Source: the human T2T-CHM13v2.0 reference genome, Homo sapiens
Assembly: GCF_009914755.1 (NCBI RefSeq)
Contig: NC_060930.1
Length of the DNA: 64,000 nt
Reading direction: 5' to 3' (one strand)
In this document: piece by piece, positions 41,631-54,424 of the stretch
How the letters are laid out: each line of letters opens with the position of its first letter
How positions within the stretch are numbered: the first letter of the stretch is position 1
Made by a program: the position numbers and the translations under genes
The notes under the pieces: model-generated
Told to the model about the DNA's origin: nothing
Seen by the model: the letters and a program-made list of their open reading frames with translations, nothing else
The model's database searches: none

Positions 41631-42946
41631 AGCTCTAAGTGCACTGCTGGTGCAAGGATGTATTTGTTATACGTACCTTCTTTGCCCCCCACTGGTTTTT
41701 AGACTTGACCTGCTCAAACCTATAATCTATAAAGCATTATATTTCTATTAAAATACGTACATGTACATTCCATAAATTTTTTTAAAAATTTGCATAAAAT
41801 ACATCATCCTACCATTTCAAAAGCAATTGTTGCCTCTGTACTTTATAATGGTTTCAAAGACAAGTGAAATTTACTTAATGGATTCAGTTTATCTAAAATT
41901 ATTTAATCAATTATTTTATCATTGAGTATGGAAATAATTCCTCAGAGAACTGCTGTAAAGCGTTAAAGTTAATGATTTCTTCTCGCCAGTAAAACTAGAA
42001 TCTTCCCAATTTTGTAAATCCTAATTTTACTTTTGCTTCTCTTAATGGTATCACCAATGGAGAATAATTAAATTCCGATATTGTAAATCATAAGTACTTT
42101 CAGCTTTTGAAGTGGCAAAGTATTTGAATTGGTGCTATAGCCCAGACTTCAGGTATTTTCAAAGGATGAATGAGGAAAAAGGAAGTGGGGAGAAAGAACT
42201 TTTAACTGTGAGGAAGGCTCTACTATTTAAAAGATGGTTTAAAAAAAATTCTCACTGTAGCTACAGTGCTCACACTGGAAATAAAAGTATAAAAATGGTC
42301 CTTTAGGATTTTTCTCTGGAGTAAGAATTGTTTCAAGGAAGAAACTGCCAGGGATATGGACATTTTGGACAGGGGCAGAAAAATGCCCTAGTGTTTTGGA
42401 CACCATGGAAGCGCTAGAATTTTTAAATAAATATTTCACATTGTGAGAAACGTCTGAGTATTAAACACGCTTTTTTTTTTCCCTAGGGGGACACTAAACA
42501 AATATTTATTTAAGGAGATAGAAACTTGAAGGCCCCCCCTCTTCCCGCAAAGCTAGTCTTTGGCTCTGCTTCTAGGACTTCTAGGAACGTGCAATTAAAA
42601 TAAAATCGAAACAACGAAACCCTCGCAGCATTTAGATTTCTTTTTTCCCCCTCAACTGCTCAAGAAAAGTCAGAAGCCGACACTTCTTCCAAGTCTCGAA
42701 GTTGCCAGTTGTGAGGCTCCCAAGACGTCTCCCGCACACCCTAGGGACGATTCTGCACGGGTCCCTCCCGTTAGCCGGCGGTGCGATCCGGCTCCAAGGG
42801 GGTGTGTCCCGGACCGCAGCGACCCGGCGCCAGCCTCCGCCGCGGGCCCACCTGCTCCTCTCGGCCGCCGCAGCGCCCCGGGGTCCGGCCGGGCCCCCGG
42901 ACCCTACCCGCGCGGCGCCGCCGGCCGCCCCGCAAGTCCCGCCACC

Positions 42947-42955
42947 CACTTCCGG
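42947..42955 (-). promoter_or_regulatory. ETS/GABPA motif
   Basis: CACTTCCGG (CCGGAAGTG on minus strand) in the island, next to E2F-like TCCCGCCA (42937-42944). Confidence 0.6.
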
Positions 42956-43370
42956 ACCCGGCCAGCCCCTCCGCTAGGTGCAGCTGGGACGCGAGCTCAG
43001 TTCCTTTCTTCCCTCAGCCCAAACTGCTAGCGGCCCCCGTGGCGGGAGGTGGAACCCGCAACCTACCCCCAAGGATGGGGGGCCCAGGCGGAGAAAGGGG
43101 GTTTCAGCCCTCCCCGGGCTGCCCGCACCGGCACCCCCCTCGCACGGCCCCAGCGGCGGCCCGCGTCCTCCCTCCAGCCCTAGCAAGACAGGCGTAGAGA
43201 CTGCGAGTGTCGGGGGAGGGGTACAGGTCGGAGGAAGAGCATCCCCGGGCCGCAGCCGCAGCCGCCGCCGCCGCCGCCTGCTGCTCCCCCGCCGTTCGGC
43301 TAGGGGAGGCCTCGTCACAGCCGCCGCCTCAGCCGCGGCTGCAGATCTCGCGGTGTTTGCCGGCCGCCGC

Positions 43371-43382
43371 GCCGCCATATTG
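43371..43382 (-). promoter_or_regulatory. YY1 motif
   Basis: GCCGCCATATTG matches the extended YY1 consensus GCCGCCATNTTG. Confidence 0.75.
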
Positions 43383-43548
43383 TGTGACAGTATTTTGATT
43401 TGGACTGGGCTGGCGGAGCCGCGGCGAGAGCGAGCGAGAGCTGGGGGGGTGGGGGGAGGGCAGGCGAGCGCGAGGGGGGTGGGGGCAGAGGGAGGTGGGG
43501 AGGCCGAGCGAGCCGGAGCTGAGGATTGGGGAGCGGCGACGCCGCCCA

Positions 43549-43852
43549 GCCGTCGTTTTTGATCTGCTGCAGCCGCCGGCGGGGCGACCCAGCCCGACCC
43601 CCTCCCCTCCCCCTCAGCCAGGAGCGGTGGCGGCGGCGGCGGCCGGAGGGAGTTGGCGGCGGCGGGCGAGCGGAGGGGGCTGAGCGGGGAGGGAGGGAGG
43701 GCTGAGGTGTCCCCCCTGCCGGGTGGAACCGGAGGCGGCGGCGGCGCTGGCGGCGGCCGTGGTGGCGGAGGCGACGGTGGAGACGGCTGCCCTAGTGGGA
43801 GAGGCGGCGGCGGCGGCCGAGGAGGAGGAGGGGGAAGCGGCGGCGGCAAAGG
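43549..43852 (+). other. TAB2: Non-coding first exon (5'UTR), probably TAB2 exon 1; start approximate
   Basis: GC-rich AUG-free segment ending at the strong donor AGG|GTAAGC (GT at 43853-43854). The end (GAGGAGGAGGGGGAAGCGGCGGCGGCAAAGG) matches my recollection of the TAB2 5'UTR; the TSS could lie anywhere from ~43385 to 43620. Confidence 0.72.
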
Positions 43853-44139
43853 GTAAGCGGACAGCGCTGCCGGGCCTCGGCGGGATCCCCAACCTGGCTC
43901 TCCCCTCATCGCCCCGCACCCCCCTCCGTCTGGAAGGGGCTCTGCCGCCTCGCGAGGCCCGTGCGGGGCGTTCGCTTCTAACTTGCACTCTTCCTCCCTC
44001 CGCCTCTTTCCTTCCCCCAGTGGCGTGGCGGAGAGGGAGGCCCCCCGAGTCCCCCAGTCCGGTGGGGGTGGGGAGCATCGGGCCGGGCCTGGGCTCCGGG
44101 GCGTCCGTGCGGGGGGGGGAGGGGGAGCTTCATTGGAAT

Positions 44140-44620
44140 CGAGCGCCTAGGAGAGCCCCGGGTGGGGGAGGGCGCAAGGGGCTCGGGAGGGCCCCTCCCT
44201 GCGTCGGCGCCCCTGACCCGCCCCCAGGCATGTGTGAGGTGGGGGCGGGGGAGGAAAAATCTCCTTTTGGGGAGCCGAGGTCTAGTTAAAGATGACTCAG
44301 GGGCGGGGGTTTTGGGGACAGACACGGGGCAGTTATGTGGGGGTCGGGCGGGAGGGAGAACATCGTTCCTTTGCGGATCTTGGTTTTCTGCAGCCGTCTT
44401 TGAAGTGGGGGGCAAGCCCTACTATGAATATGTGGCCCCTTAAATTTCACTGGTTGTTTCTGGTTTTCGGTCCCATCAACCTCAAACCCTACGATTGTGG
44501 TTGAGTCAGGGAGGCTGCAAGGGTCTCTTGGCGGTGCTGAACAGGTGACAGGTGGATCTTTCTGTTGCTGATGCTGTGAGATGTTCAGGCACAGTCGTAC
44601 ACCAAAGTGTCAGAGACCGT
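44140..44620 (+). other. Candidate alternative non-coding first exon; start uncertain
   Basis: Second good donor CGT|GTGAGT at 44620/44621 at the island's 3' edge, downstream of GC boxes at ~44242 and ~44300. Confidence 0.45.
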
Positions 44621-45891
44621 GTGAGTTTGTATTTATGTGTTTGGCCATGTTTCATTCCATATATAGTATATTTGAGATGTTAGGTTTCCATTCTTCAAGT
44701 CAGCTTAATTGTTGTGGATAAATTCTTCAAATGTTTCTGATAAGAGGGTTTTCCAGGAGAGCGGAGGGAATTTGCAGCCTCACAGGGGTTTCTCCGTAGT
44801 TCACGAAATTTAGGCCCCCAGTGCAGGCTGTTGAGTACCCTTATTCATTGGAAAGTTCTTGAACGCTAAGATCGTATTCAGAGCAACTGTACGGCAATAT
44901 AATTTTGCATCCATTTTGTCTGTTTTAGGTAAGTTTGTAAAGTGTCTAATTTTGGGGTCAGATTGATTCACATTTTAGAAAAGGAATTTCGTTTCCGCTT
45001 TAGCATACTCTAAAGGTTATGATGATCATTATGCAATTCCAGATTTGGCCGGGAATTTTAGTGGGCATGGAATAGAATATTTGCTTTCAGTTTTTTCACT
45101 TCTGCTTACTACACTGTTCATACAGTAGCAGAGTATTGACACCTTTTAAAAAATATCTTTACATTCTTTGTAACAATGAAATCACGATTTTAAACTTTTG
45201 ACGGTTTGAAACTGTAAATTTTGAAACCATGGCAGTTTGTAATAAAGGAAGACTTGCTTTTCTTTTGTTGTAGGCTTTGGCTGAGCATTTTAATTAGAAA
45301 CAATGGGAAGAATTGTTAGATACATGAGCTATAGGCTAAATTAGGGTACAGTTAGTTTAAGGATTCTGCTGCTTTTAAAAAACATGTATGGAACGAATAT
45401 GATGTACTATCAATGTGTTAACAGGAAATAGAACAAAAATTCCAGTGATTCAGAACTTCTGTTTGGGTTTTTCCCCCATAGGTCTAATCAGTTTCTAATA
45501 GAGGGTGCTTAAGTTTTAAATCTTTCAAGAATCAAACTGAAAGTTGAATACGTCAATTATAGATGAATAAGTTATCCCCTGAATATACTCCATTATTTCT
45601 TTTTTCTTTTGTGTGCATCGAGTTACTTTTCCTGAGTTTAAAAGTATTCTCTTAAGGACACTGATGAAATGCTACTATTGAACCCCCTTTAGTTAACTAT
45701 TTCATAGTAGAACGTGTGCTTTAGTGACTCATTAAGAAGTGGATAAAATGGTCAGAACCTCATCAAATACATGTTTTTTGAAAAATAAATTTTAACTTAA
45801 TCCCGTTTGATTGAAATCACACCTATGCTTGGTCCTCTAGTGGAAAAAAGCGCTTGCCTTCAGCTAAGGGTATTGCTAAGACTGGGAAACA

Positions 45892-46215
<324 letters not shown>

Positions 46216-49200
46216 TAGGCAGATCCCCACTTAGGTCAGTATTGAGAATTGCTTCTTTAGTATTAACAACTTACACTTGGTTAAATGTCTTATTACATTT
46301 GTGTCTTGGCAGAAATAGAAGTTTATTCTACATCCGTAATTTTCCCAGTAAGGAAAATTTCTTTTCCCAAAATACTGTTTAGAGTGAAATGTACATATGT
46401 GTATCTGTGAACCTACTGCATTTTGAAAAATAAGTATAATGTAGGCTGTTTTACTCTATGAGTTACTTGCAAAAAAAGTCCTTGAGGAATGTGTATTTTC
46501 TAAAACAGCATTTTTTTTTTGAGTTATATAAACAGATCAAGACTAAAAGTTTATTTTTTATCATACTTCAGAATTTTTGCCTTGTTATAGATATTTTGGG
46601 GGAAAGTTCCTGATAATCTTTATAATATATAAAGTTCATAAATTAAACTGTAATTGAAAAATCCAAATTATAATTCCATTATATCTCTCTCTGGCCAGGT
46701 TCCCATGACCCAGAGAACACTAGTAGCACTTTTCCTTTGTTTCACTTATGTCATCTTTATTTGATCTAACATTGGGTCTCTCTAGAATGGAAGGATTATG
46801 AGGTAATAACAGAGGCACATGTGAAGATTGGGCAAAACAGTAATAAGGAGGAGGAGAGACAGAGGATAAGATGCTAGCAGAGAATTAGATGAAAAGTTTT
46901 AGGCAGCTAGGAATGTGGAGATGTGGGTAGTGGTGGCTGCCAAGCACAGGAAAATGATCATGCTGAACTGTACAAAGGAGATTGTCTCTGAACCTTTTCA
47001 TAGGTTCTGACACTCTATATATGTCATCTTATTTAAAACCCTCTGTATTAAAATGATAAGGATTTGGAGACATTGAAATTATATAGAATTTAAATGTATG
47101 CATGTTCATATGTTTTTGCCTCTGGCTCATATTTCCAGAATACTTAACAGTATTTTAACATTTTGTTTCTTATGATTCTGGTCCTAAAAAATCAAGGACG
47201 CTGCTTACTCAGAAAGCTAAAAAACCTGAGTAAGTACTCTTAGGAGTTATACTTTTTATGTTTTCTTTAGTTAATCACTAAACTTGACTGATCTTGATAA
47301 AACTAAGGAATTAGAGATTGCTAAGAGGGTACTATCTTTTTCTAAGTATTCCATCTCTCAAAACAGCCTATTTACTAGTAAGTGGTACTTAACCTACATT
47401 CATTCAGCCTCCTAGGAAAAGAAAAAGATGCCAGAATAATGATCCCACAGCTCCTACGTTGAGGTTATGCGTTTCACTTGGATTTTCACTTGGATTTTTA
47501 TTGACTCATTTTACAGAATATGTTTACTTTATTTCCTATTCCTTAGAAAAGGAGTGAGCAGAGTGAGAAGTGTCAGCTGACAAGTGATGTTTCAGGACAT
47601 CCAAGTCAGAATTATCACAAAGTAAAATTGTGTATGTTATATGAATAAAAGATGTCTATGAAAATTGATTAAAGTTTTGGCACTTAAAAGTACATTTGTT
47701 CAAAATTTAATTTACATACACCCCCTTACCTTTATGCTTCATAAATGAGGCTTTGCTGAATGTGACTTTTTGATTTGCCTTACTCATGTGTAATGTAAAA
47801 CTTTAATAAGAAATTTTATTTCATTTCTAATCATGTATTCCAGTTCAGAATATGGTACCCAGGGAGTGATATCCTGCATAATAAAGAGAAAGGAACTAAT
47901 ATTTATTGAATGCCTACTGTGTGCCAAGCTTTTCTTCATTTCAGAAATATTTATTGAGCACTTATTATGTGCTAGGGACTCTTCCAGAATGTGGAGGTGC
48001 CGTATTGAAGAACAGACAAAAATAGCTGTTTTCATATAGTTTACATTTAGTGGTAAAAGACTTAATAAATGAGTACAGTGTAATATGCCTGGGACAAAAC
48101 AGTACTGTGCAGAAAAATAAAACGGAAAAGGGAGTTAGGGAATGAACATTGCTTATTGAGCTTTTTTAAAAACTGTGTAATGGGTATTATCCTTGATTTC
48201 AAAAAGCAAAACCTATCCCATACATAAAATTTTTCCTTTAAGAATACACTTCAAATTTCAGAACACAATTGTATTTATACTTCAAAGTTACAGAGTTTCA
48301 ACAGCGATTTCCTATTGTTAGTATTTCAGAAAGCTGTTTTATGGCTGGATAGAAAATCGGAGTTTTTAATCCTGGTTTTGCCACTTAGTAGCTTTGCCAC
48401 TAGATTTGGGACCAGTTAAAATTCGTTAGCTTCTCTGAGCTTGTTTTCTTCTGTGTAAAATGGATACGATATCTTTCTTTTTCTGGTGAAGGAACATTGT
48501 GTCGTATGTTGTTGAATAGGTTGATGAGCTGGATCTCAGCATTTTAACAAGGAAATAACAGTGTATAAAATTCCAATTCATGTAAATACTTTTAAAATAT
48601 TTAGTACAGTACCTGGCACATAGTAACTATAGAGTAAATGTTTGCTTTTTGTCATCATTTTGCTTGTTAATTCAAAGAATCTTTTATACAAATTATTAAG
48701 GAAAGTTTTTGCAAAGATAAAATAACTCAAATTGTGAATGGGATTTTTGAGGGAAGAGTGGAATAACCATGCAAGTTGCAATACTTATTTTCATTTTTAG
48801 ACTGGAAGATCACGAAACAGCACCTCAAGTGCAGAACATGTCTTCCTTTCAGTCTTTACTTCACATTATTTTCAGTGGTTGGCCTGTAGTTAAGAGCTCA
48901 AGAAATACTGTGTGTTAAATGTTGAATAGTTCTTAATGATCATTTTTCTGTAAATTACAGCTCTTTTTGTAGTAAACTCCTGAGTCTGAAAGGTGACTGC
49001 ACTGGAATCTCTACTTTTAATTTTAAGCACTGAATAAGATATCATTATGCAAAGTCTCTTAAATGCTATTTTGTGAATCTAGCCAAAAGTTCAAAAAATA
49101 TTCTAGAAATTGAGAGGAAGAAATCAATTATTTGTAGCTAGATTAGTCTTCATTAACCTATTTCTATGATGTTATTGGCATCAAAGTGAAAAAGTAATAT

Positions 49201-50665
49201 AGCAGTTTTTAAAAGAGTAGAAGAAAATTTATGAATAATTATTTGCTCTTAACTGTTAAAGAACAAGTTTACCTTATCTTTTTAAGATAATTTCAATGAA
49301 AGTGTAGATTTGTCCTGGTTTTATGGATTAAATAGCTTGGTCGTTTACTTACATTTCTGTGATACAGGAAATACTGGTGTTTTCACTGAAAAGTGAAAAC
49401 GTCCCACCAGCATCCCACCTCCCATCTTCACAGTATTTTAAGCATTCTTCAGATGCCTAAATCTTAGTACCAGTCAACTCTTTCCTATTCTGCTGTAAGT
49501 TATCCTCTACCTAAAGAATAATAATTTTAGCTTTCCCCAAACTTAAGACTTCTGTCAGGTTATGAGGCTTTCAGTCATTTACCCAAAATATTTCTTGGAT
49601 TTTTAAAAAGTTCTCCACAAAGCATGTATCGTGTGCTTTATATTCAAATATGAACAAATAGGATGAAAAGTATTTCATTTTAGTATTTGATGTGCCACAG
49701 TACTACTTTAGAAATGAGATAGGAATACATACAACTGAATATTTTATACTCTTGTAATTTTTTTTTCTTTGCTTTTTTTGAACAATAACTGTCTACTACA
49801 GGACAGAAATAATTCCTACAAGGTGTCAGTTTGAGTGGCTTCAGAAAGGAAGTCTGATTTACCTACAAACAAGTACAAGAGACAAGAGCAGTATAAGAAT
49901 TTGTAGTATTTTAATTGCCTTGTTAAAAGAAAATGGAATTCTTGTTTCACTTAAGAAGAAAAACAAAAACCGGCCTAGTACCAGTGCTCCTAGTACAAGT
50001 CACAGAAGCCAGATAATAAAGTAGAGGTTGGAAAGGTCCTGCAGAGAGAGAGAGAGAGAAGCAGCAAGAGTATAGGAATGGGGATTTTAGCAGAGATTTT
50101 GGTAGAAATGTGTGAATGCCGATTGTTAATAATAGACTTGTTTAAAATAATCCATTAAAATGTGTAGGAAAGAGTAATTTTTGATCTATAAATTTTTATT
50201 CACCAGTTTATTAACCATCATCTGAATCATTAAATAATATTATTAATATTATTTTGAATTTTAGCTTAAAGTTTTACTCTCACATTGATATTAAGGAAAA
50301 TTATTTTTGACCTTTAATATCTTAATGTTTACCTTTTTTAATGTTAGCAAAATTGAGCACATCACAAGTTTGCTTCCTGTCAGTTTGCCAGTGAAGCAGG
50401 CCAGAGATATTGCTTGGCTCATCAGTATAGAGCCAGTGGCAGGGCAGTTCAGGGGAGTGACTTTCCATTCCTCATCAATGAGAGAAAAATACTTGCTAAT
50501 GCAGATGAAAACTTGAACTCAGCAACTTGACCTTGCAGAACATTGTCCTCAGGCCAAGCAACTTTTGTTTAGTCAGAGAAATCAACAAAAGCAGTAATTC
50601 TGATATGAACTGGGGCCATAGGGGTAGAAGAGACTTTACCTGGTTTTAAACTGTGGAAAATATTA

Positions 50666-50855
50666 CTTTTTTTTTTTTTTTTTTTGGAGTGCAGTGACAC
50701 AATCATAGCTCGCTGCAATCTCAAACTCCTGGGCACAAGCCTTTCTCCCACCTCAGCCTCCTGAATAGCTGGGACTACAAGTGTGCGCAACTACATCCAG
50801 CTGATTTCTAAAAATTTTTTATAGAGACAGGATCTCCCTTTGTTGCCCAGGCTAG
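50666..50855 (-). mobile_element. AluJ partial
   Basis: Poly-T, reverse right arm, linker and part of left arm. Confidence 0.8.
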
Positions 50856-51589
50856 GAAAATACTGCTTTTGGTTTTTAGTTGATCTCTTTGTTAATTTTT
50901 CAGCTTCTCAGCCCCCACCTCTTTAACTAAATATCTTAATTTTACCGTGTTGGGAGTCAATGAAGTATAATAAAAGTTCTGGGCTTTAAAACCAGATGAG
51001 CCCAAGTTCAAATCTGAGTTCTGTTGCTGACTATAGCTATGTGATTTTAGACATCATTCACACACTCTGAGCCAAGGAGTTTTCTTCAGAAAAATGGATA
51101 TAGTAATACCTACCTTACATAGAACAGGTGAATTCTTGTTCTAGTTACATTAGGATATGTAGCTTAAGTAATTGGAAGTAATTTTACATTTGGAATTTTG
51201 CTTCGTTAGGTTTTTTCTTCAAGGTATCTGTCCACTTCATTTTTCCTCAACAAATAGAATGAAAAAAGAATTTCTGTACTTTTTAATTTACTGTAACTCC
51301 TTAGACCAAGATGAAACAAACAAAACATCATCATTATTTTTTTAACTACAAAATAAACATACGGATTGTTAATTCTTTGTATTTTTCTTGCCTGTTCCTG
51401 TGGGAAAAGCTGCATTTTCAATTTGAAATTAGTCCACAAATCTATAATATAGTTCTTCTTTAGGAAAAGCATTAGAAAATTGGCATGGATAAGATTTTGA
51501 AAACACCTCAAATATGAGGTTTAATATAATACTACAAAACTTGTGCCACTTTATCTGTGTAAAATGATCTTTATACTTTTCTGTTATGT

Positions 51590-51882
51590 TTATGTTTTAA
51601 GACAGTGTCTCGCTATGTTGCCCAGGCTGGAATGCGGTGGCACAGCCACAGCTCACTGAAGTCTTGACCTCCCAGGCTCAAGTGATCCTCCCACCTCAGC
51701 CTTCCAAGTAGCTGGGATTACAGATGCGTACCACAACGCTCAGCTTACTTTTTATTTTTTGTAGAGAAGGGTTCTTCCTATTTTGCTTAGGCTGGTCTTG
51801 AGCAACTAGGTTCAAGGAATCATCTTGCCTTGGCCTCCCACCTAAGTGTTGGGATTATAGGTGTGAGCTACCACACCCAGCC
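51590..51882 (-). mobile_element. AluJ
   Basis: Diverged reverse dimer. Confidence 0.87.
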
Positions 51883-52082
51883 TGTTTTAACAGCAGCTAT
51901 AGCAATGGTTTTATATTTTGTTAATAAGTTATCTGTATTGCTATAGTACCAAGAAGAGTAAACAAATTGTATTATTATGTTAAAATATTGGTTATACAAA
52001 TAGCATTCAATACTAATTATTACAGCAAAATAGTCTACAACAGTTACACTGGTTTACTCAGTAGATTAAGACAAAAATTTTT

Positions 52083-52125
52083 AGCCTGGGTGACAAAGCA
52101 AGACCCCATCTCAAAAAAAAAAAAA
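52083..52125 (+). mobile_element. Alu 3' end fragment
   Basis: AGCCTGGGTGACAAAGCAAGACCCCATCTC plus poly-A. Confidence 0.75.
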
Positions 52126-52347
52126 GACAGTTTAAAAAAGTCATTGCATTTTATTAAGTTCATAGGCTTAGCACATTCTGTAGTGTATATACATGAAATC
52201 TCTTAGCCTAGAGGTAATAAATACGCTTTAATCTTACACGTGTGCAGTTTTTATGCAATCTGTAAAATAAAACCAGAAGCACAAATAGGAGATTGAACCA
52301 TTAATCATTGGATAAATGACATGTTATCATGGCAGAAAGAATTATAA

Positions 52348-52637
<290 letters not shown>

Positions 52638-53154
52638 TTGTTTTTTTAAGCGGTTTTTAGCTTTTGCTGTTGGAAAAGTCAACATGTAGAGTGAAGTATT
52701 ATGCACAGAAATTTGATTTTTGTTTTGATCAAATGCCATTATTTAGAAAACCTAACATTTTCACATCCTTTTGGATAGGTCACTTAATATCAGTAATAAT
52801 TAGGTCAGCAAATTAATTTTGCTTTTTTGTAGTTTGCAAGAGTTTATCTTATGTTCAGCAAAGCTAATAATTGCATAAAAATTTAAGTGGGAGAAACTGG
52901 CCTTTAAATATTAATATTCAGATCTGTGGTACAAAGCCTATTATACAGATATTTGCTTCCACATTCTTGATATCCTATGGACTATTTTGTCTTTTACACT
53001 TTTCTTTTATACTAGCATTTCCTGATTGTAGGTTTCTATTAGGGTTGTCATCATTATAAAATATAGGCAAGATGGTCGTTTTTTAAAAATTTAAGACAGA
53101 TTAAATGTTCCATTTAATTACTGAGCACAAATTATGACATAGTTGCCTGGTTAA

Positions 53155-53298
53155 TTTTATTGATTTATTATTTATTTGTTTAGAAATGGGGGTTTCGTTA
53201 TGTTGCCTAGGCTGGTCTCGATTTCTAGGCCCAAGCCATCCTCTTGCCTCAGCTTCCCAAGTAGCTAGGACTACGTATGGCATGCCACTGAGCCTGGC
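53155..53298 (-). mobile_element. FLAM monomer
   Basis: Reverse monomer; TSD TGGTTAATTTT. Confidence 0.82.
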
Positions 53299-54078
53299 AA
53301 CTTGGTTAATTTTTAAAAGGCAATTAGTGACCTGATAAACATGAGCGTCTGCTGTTCAGAAGTTAAGCAGCTGTATGTTGCAGATGTATGTAGGTGTCAC
53401 AGTTAAGTAGTTACTAGAATTGTGAGAAAATGTGCTCAAGGAACCATCCAAGGGATCCGTGTCAAATAAAAGTTGCTAGAAATACAGATATTTTATAATT
53501 TGCATTGAGAGTGACTTACTGTTTACCCCATGATTAGCATGTACCTGAATTGTACTTGACTAAAGTACTGCTTGCCAACTCTTAGGATGATTTTATAGGA
53601 AATGGAAAAATAAGCACATGGAAATGGGGATTTCAGAAGAAAATTCCCACTTCCACATATGGCGATTCTGCTTTTTTGCATATAAAAGTGCATTGACACG
53701 TGTTGAATGCCCTTTGAGATTGTCTAGCTAAGGTAATTGTTTGGCCTGCATGAGACATACTCATTCTCTTCATGAGATTTTTCCCCTCATGAACATTGCC
53801 ATACATTTAAAGGATGACAGAGCCATTGCTGTAATTTTGCAAGTGGAACAAGAAGTAAGTGCTCTTGTTGAAGGTAATTAGTTCATTACCTAATTGAAGT
53901 TAGTTCATTACCTAGTTGAAGTAATTAGGTAGAAGATTGAAGTGGTCATCTTAACCAAACCAAGCTATCTATCAGTATATCAACTTTTATAGAATATCAC
54001 ATGATCGAAAGAACAGAAACTCCATAGAGCGTATTTCATATGTCTTCTATGACATGCTTGTGCAGAATAGCTGGCTAA

Positions 54079-54424
<346 letters not shown>

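Larger units (their letters stand above)
42670..44450. promoter_or_regulatory. TAB2: CpG island promoter (TATA-less)
   Basis: About 1.8 kb of very high GC and CpG density against a CpG-depleted AT-rich background; gene identity recalled from the exon 1 sequence. Confidence 0.93.

Noticed and set aside
42632-44504. Long Pro/Ala/Gly/Arg-rich ORFs, including the 311-aa and 194-aa frames
   Set aside because: Expected from stop-codon scarcity in a CpG island; they overlap in all frames with no recognisable domain. Only the ATG-initiated antisense sub-ORF and the GTG frame are kept as hypotheses
45830-45844. CTCF-like GGTCCTCTAGTGG
   Set aside because: Mismatches in the core; not supportable without ChIP data
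47472-47498. 12-bp tandem TTTCACTTGGAT x2
   Set aside because: Ordinary slippage duplication with no further structure
50232-50254. AT-rich palindrome AAATAATATT-ATT-AATATTATTT
   Set aside because: Short and low-complexity; common in AT-rich introns
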